The notes below the pieces were generated by a model, which ran no database searches, was not told where the DNA came from, and saw only the letters and a list, made by a program, of their open reading frames with translations. A stretch of DNA of 63,194 nucleotides, counting the filler, from Chiloscyllium plagiosum (Eukaryota): NCBI RefSeq assembly GCF_004010195.1. It is 3 parts of one record of this genome, joined end to end, with 100 filler letters (N's around TTAATTAATTAA, not from the genome) between each part and the next. Parts side by side here need not be neighbours in the genome. Positions count along the whole stretch, not along the records: positions 57,245 to 63,194 come from NC_057711.1; 2 more parts are not named here. One strand, written 5' to 3'. Both the position numbers and the translations under genes were made by a program. Positions 62,926 to 63,194 of this stretch are shown here, one piece after another (position 1 is the stretch's first letter; every line of letters starts with the position of its first letter).

Positions 62926-63194
62926 ACACACACACACACATACACAAACACATACACACACACAAACACACATAGACACATACAGACACATAGCAAACAC
63001 TGTGCACATCACATGCAAACACACGCACAAACACACACACACAAACACAGACACACATCTCCCTCCCCCTCTGCCCTTACCCTGCGCCATGGGAAATCCA
63101 CTTGCCAACAGGAGGAGGGTAAATCCCATCACCCCGAGGGTGAGAGGGGGTAACGAGGGAGGGCTTTTCATCTTCCTCTCCCCCACCATCCCCT

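Overview
Vertebrate genomic DNA, very probably from a shark (inferred from HE1/V-SINE, Deu-SINE-like, CR1/HER1 and Penelope-like repeat content). The window holds two partial multi-exon genes that converge on an assembly spacer. DOCK8 (+ strand) shows 13 internal coding exons at 1520-30639; they splice GT-AG in frame to 567 codons of the region before DHR2. PUM3/KIAA0020 (- strand) shows 13 coding exons at 55747-32766, about 444 codons from a probable start ATG. Both genes stop abruptly at a 100-bp artificial spacer (44N-TTAATTAATTAA-44N, 31977-32076); a second identical spacer is at 57145-57244 and a 704-N gap at 58999-59702. Introns are dense with repeats: CR1-type LINE fragments (one near-complete ORF2 at 60130-62925), HE1-type V-SINEs, a Deu-SINE-like element, a Tx1-like LINE end, TA-flanked MITEs, and many Penelope-like element (PLE) fragments. 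The most notable signals are: (1) minimal hammerhead-ribozyme-like cores with covarying palindromic stem III in the termini of two PLE-related families, with decayed versions in two more; (2) hairpin-shaped mini-PLEs with 12-16-bp target-site duplications (TSDs); (3) a 70-bp local sequence copied into a PLE reverse transcriptase remnant; (4) a near-perfect 21-bp G8 minisatellite in a PUM3 intron. Gene and repeat-family names come from recalled sequence similarity, not from database searches. Repeat boundaries are approximate.
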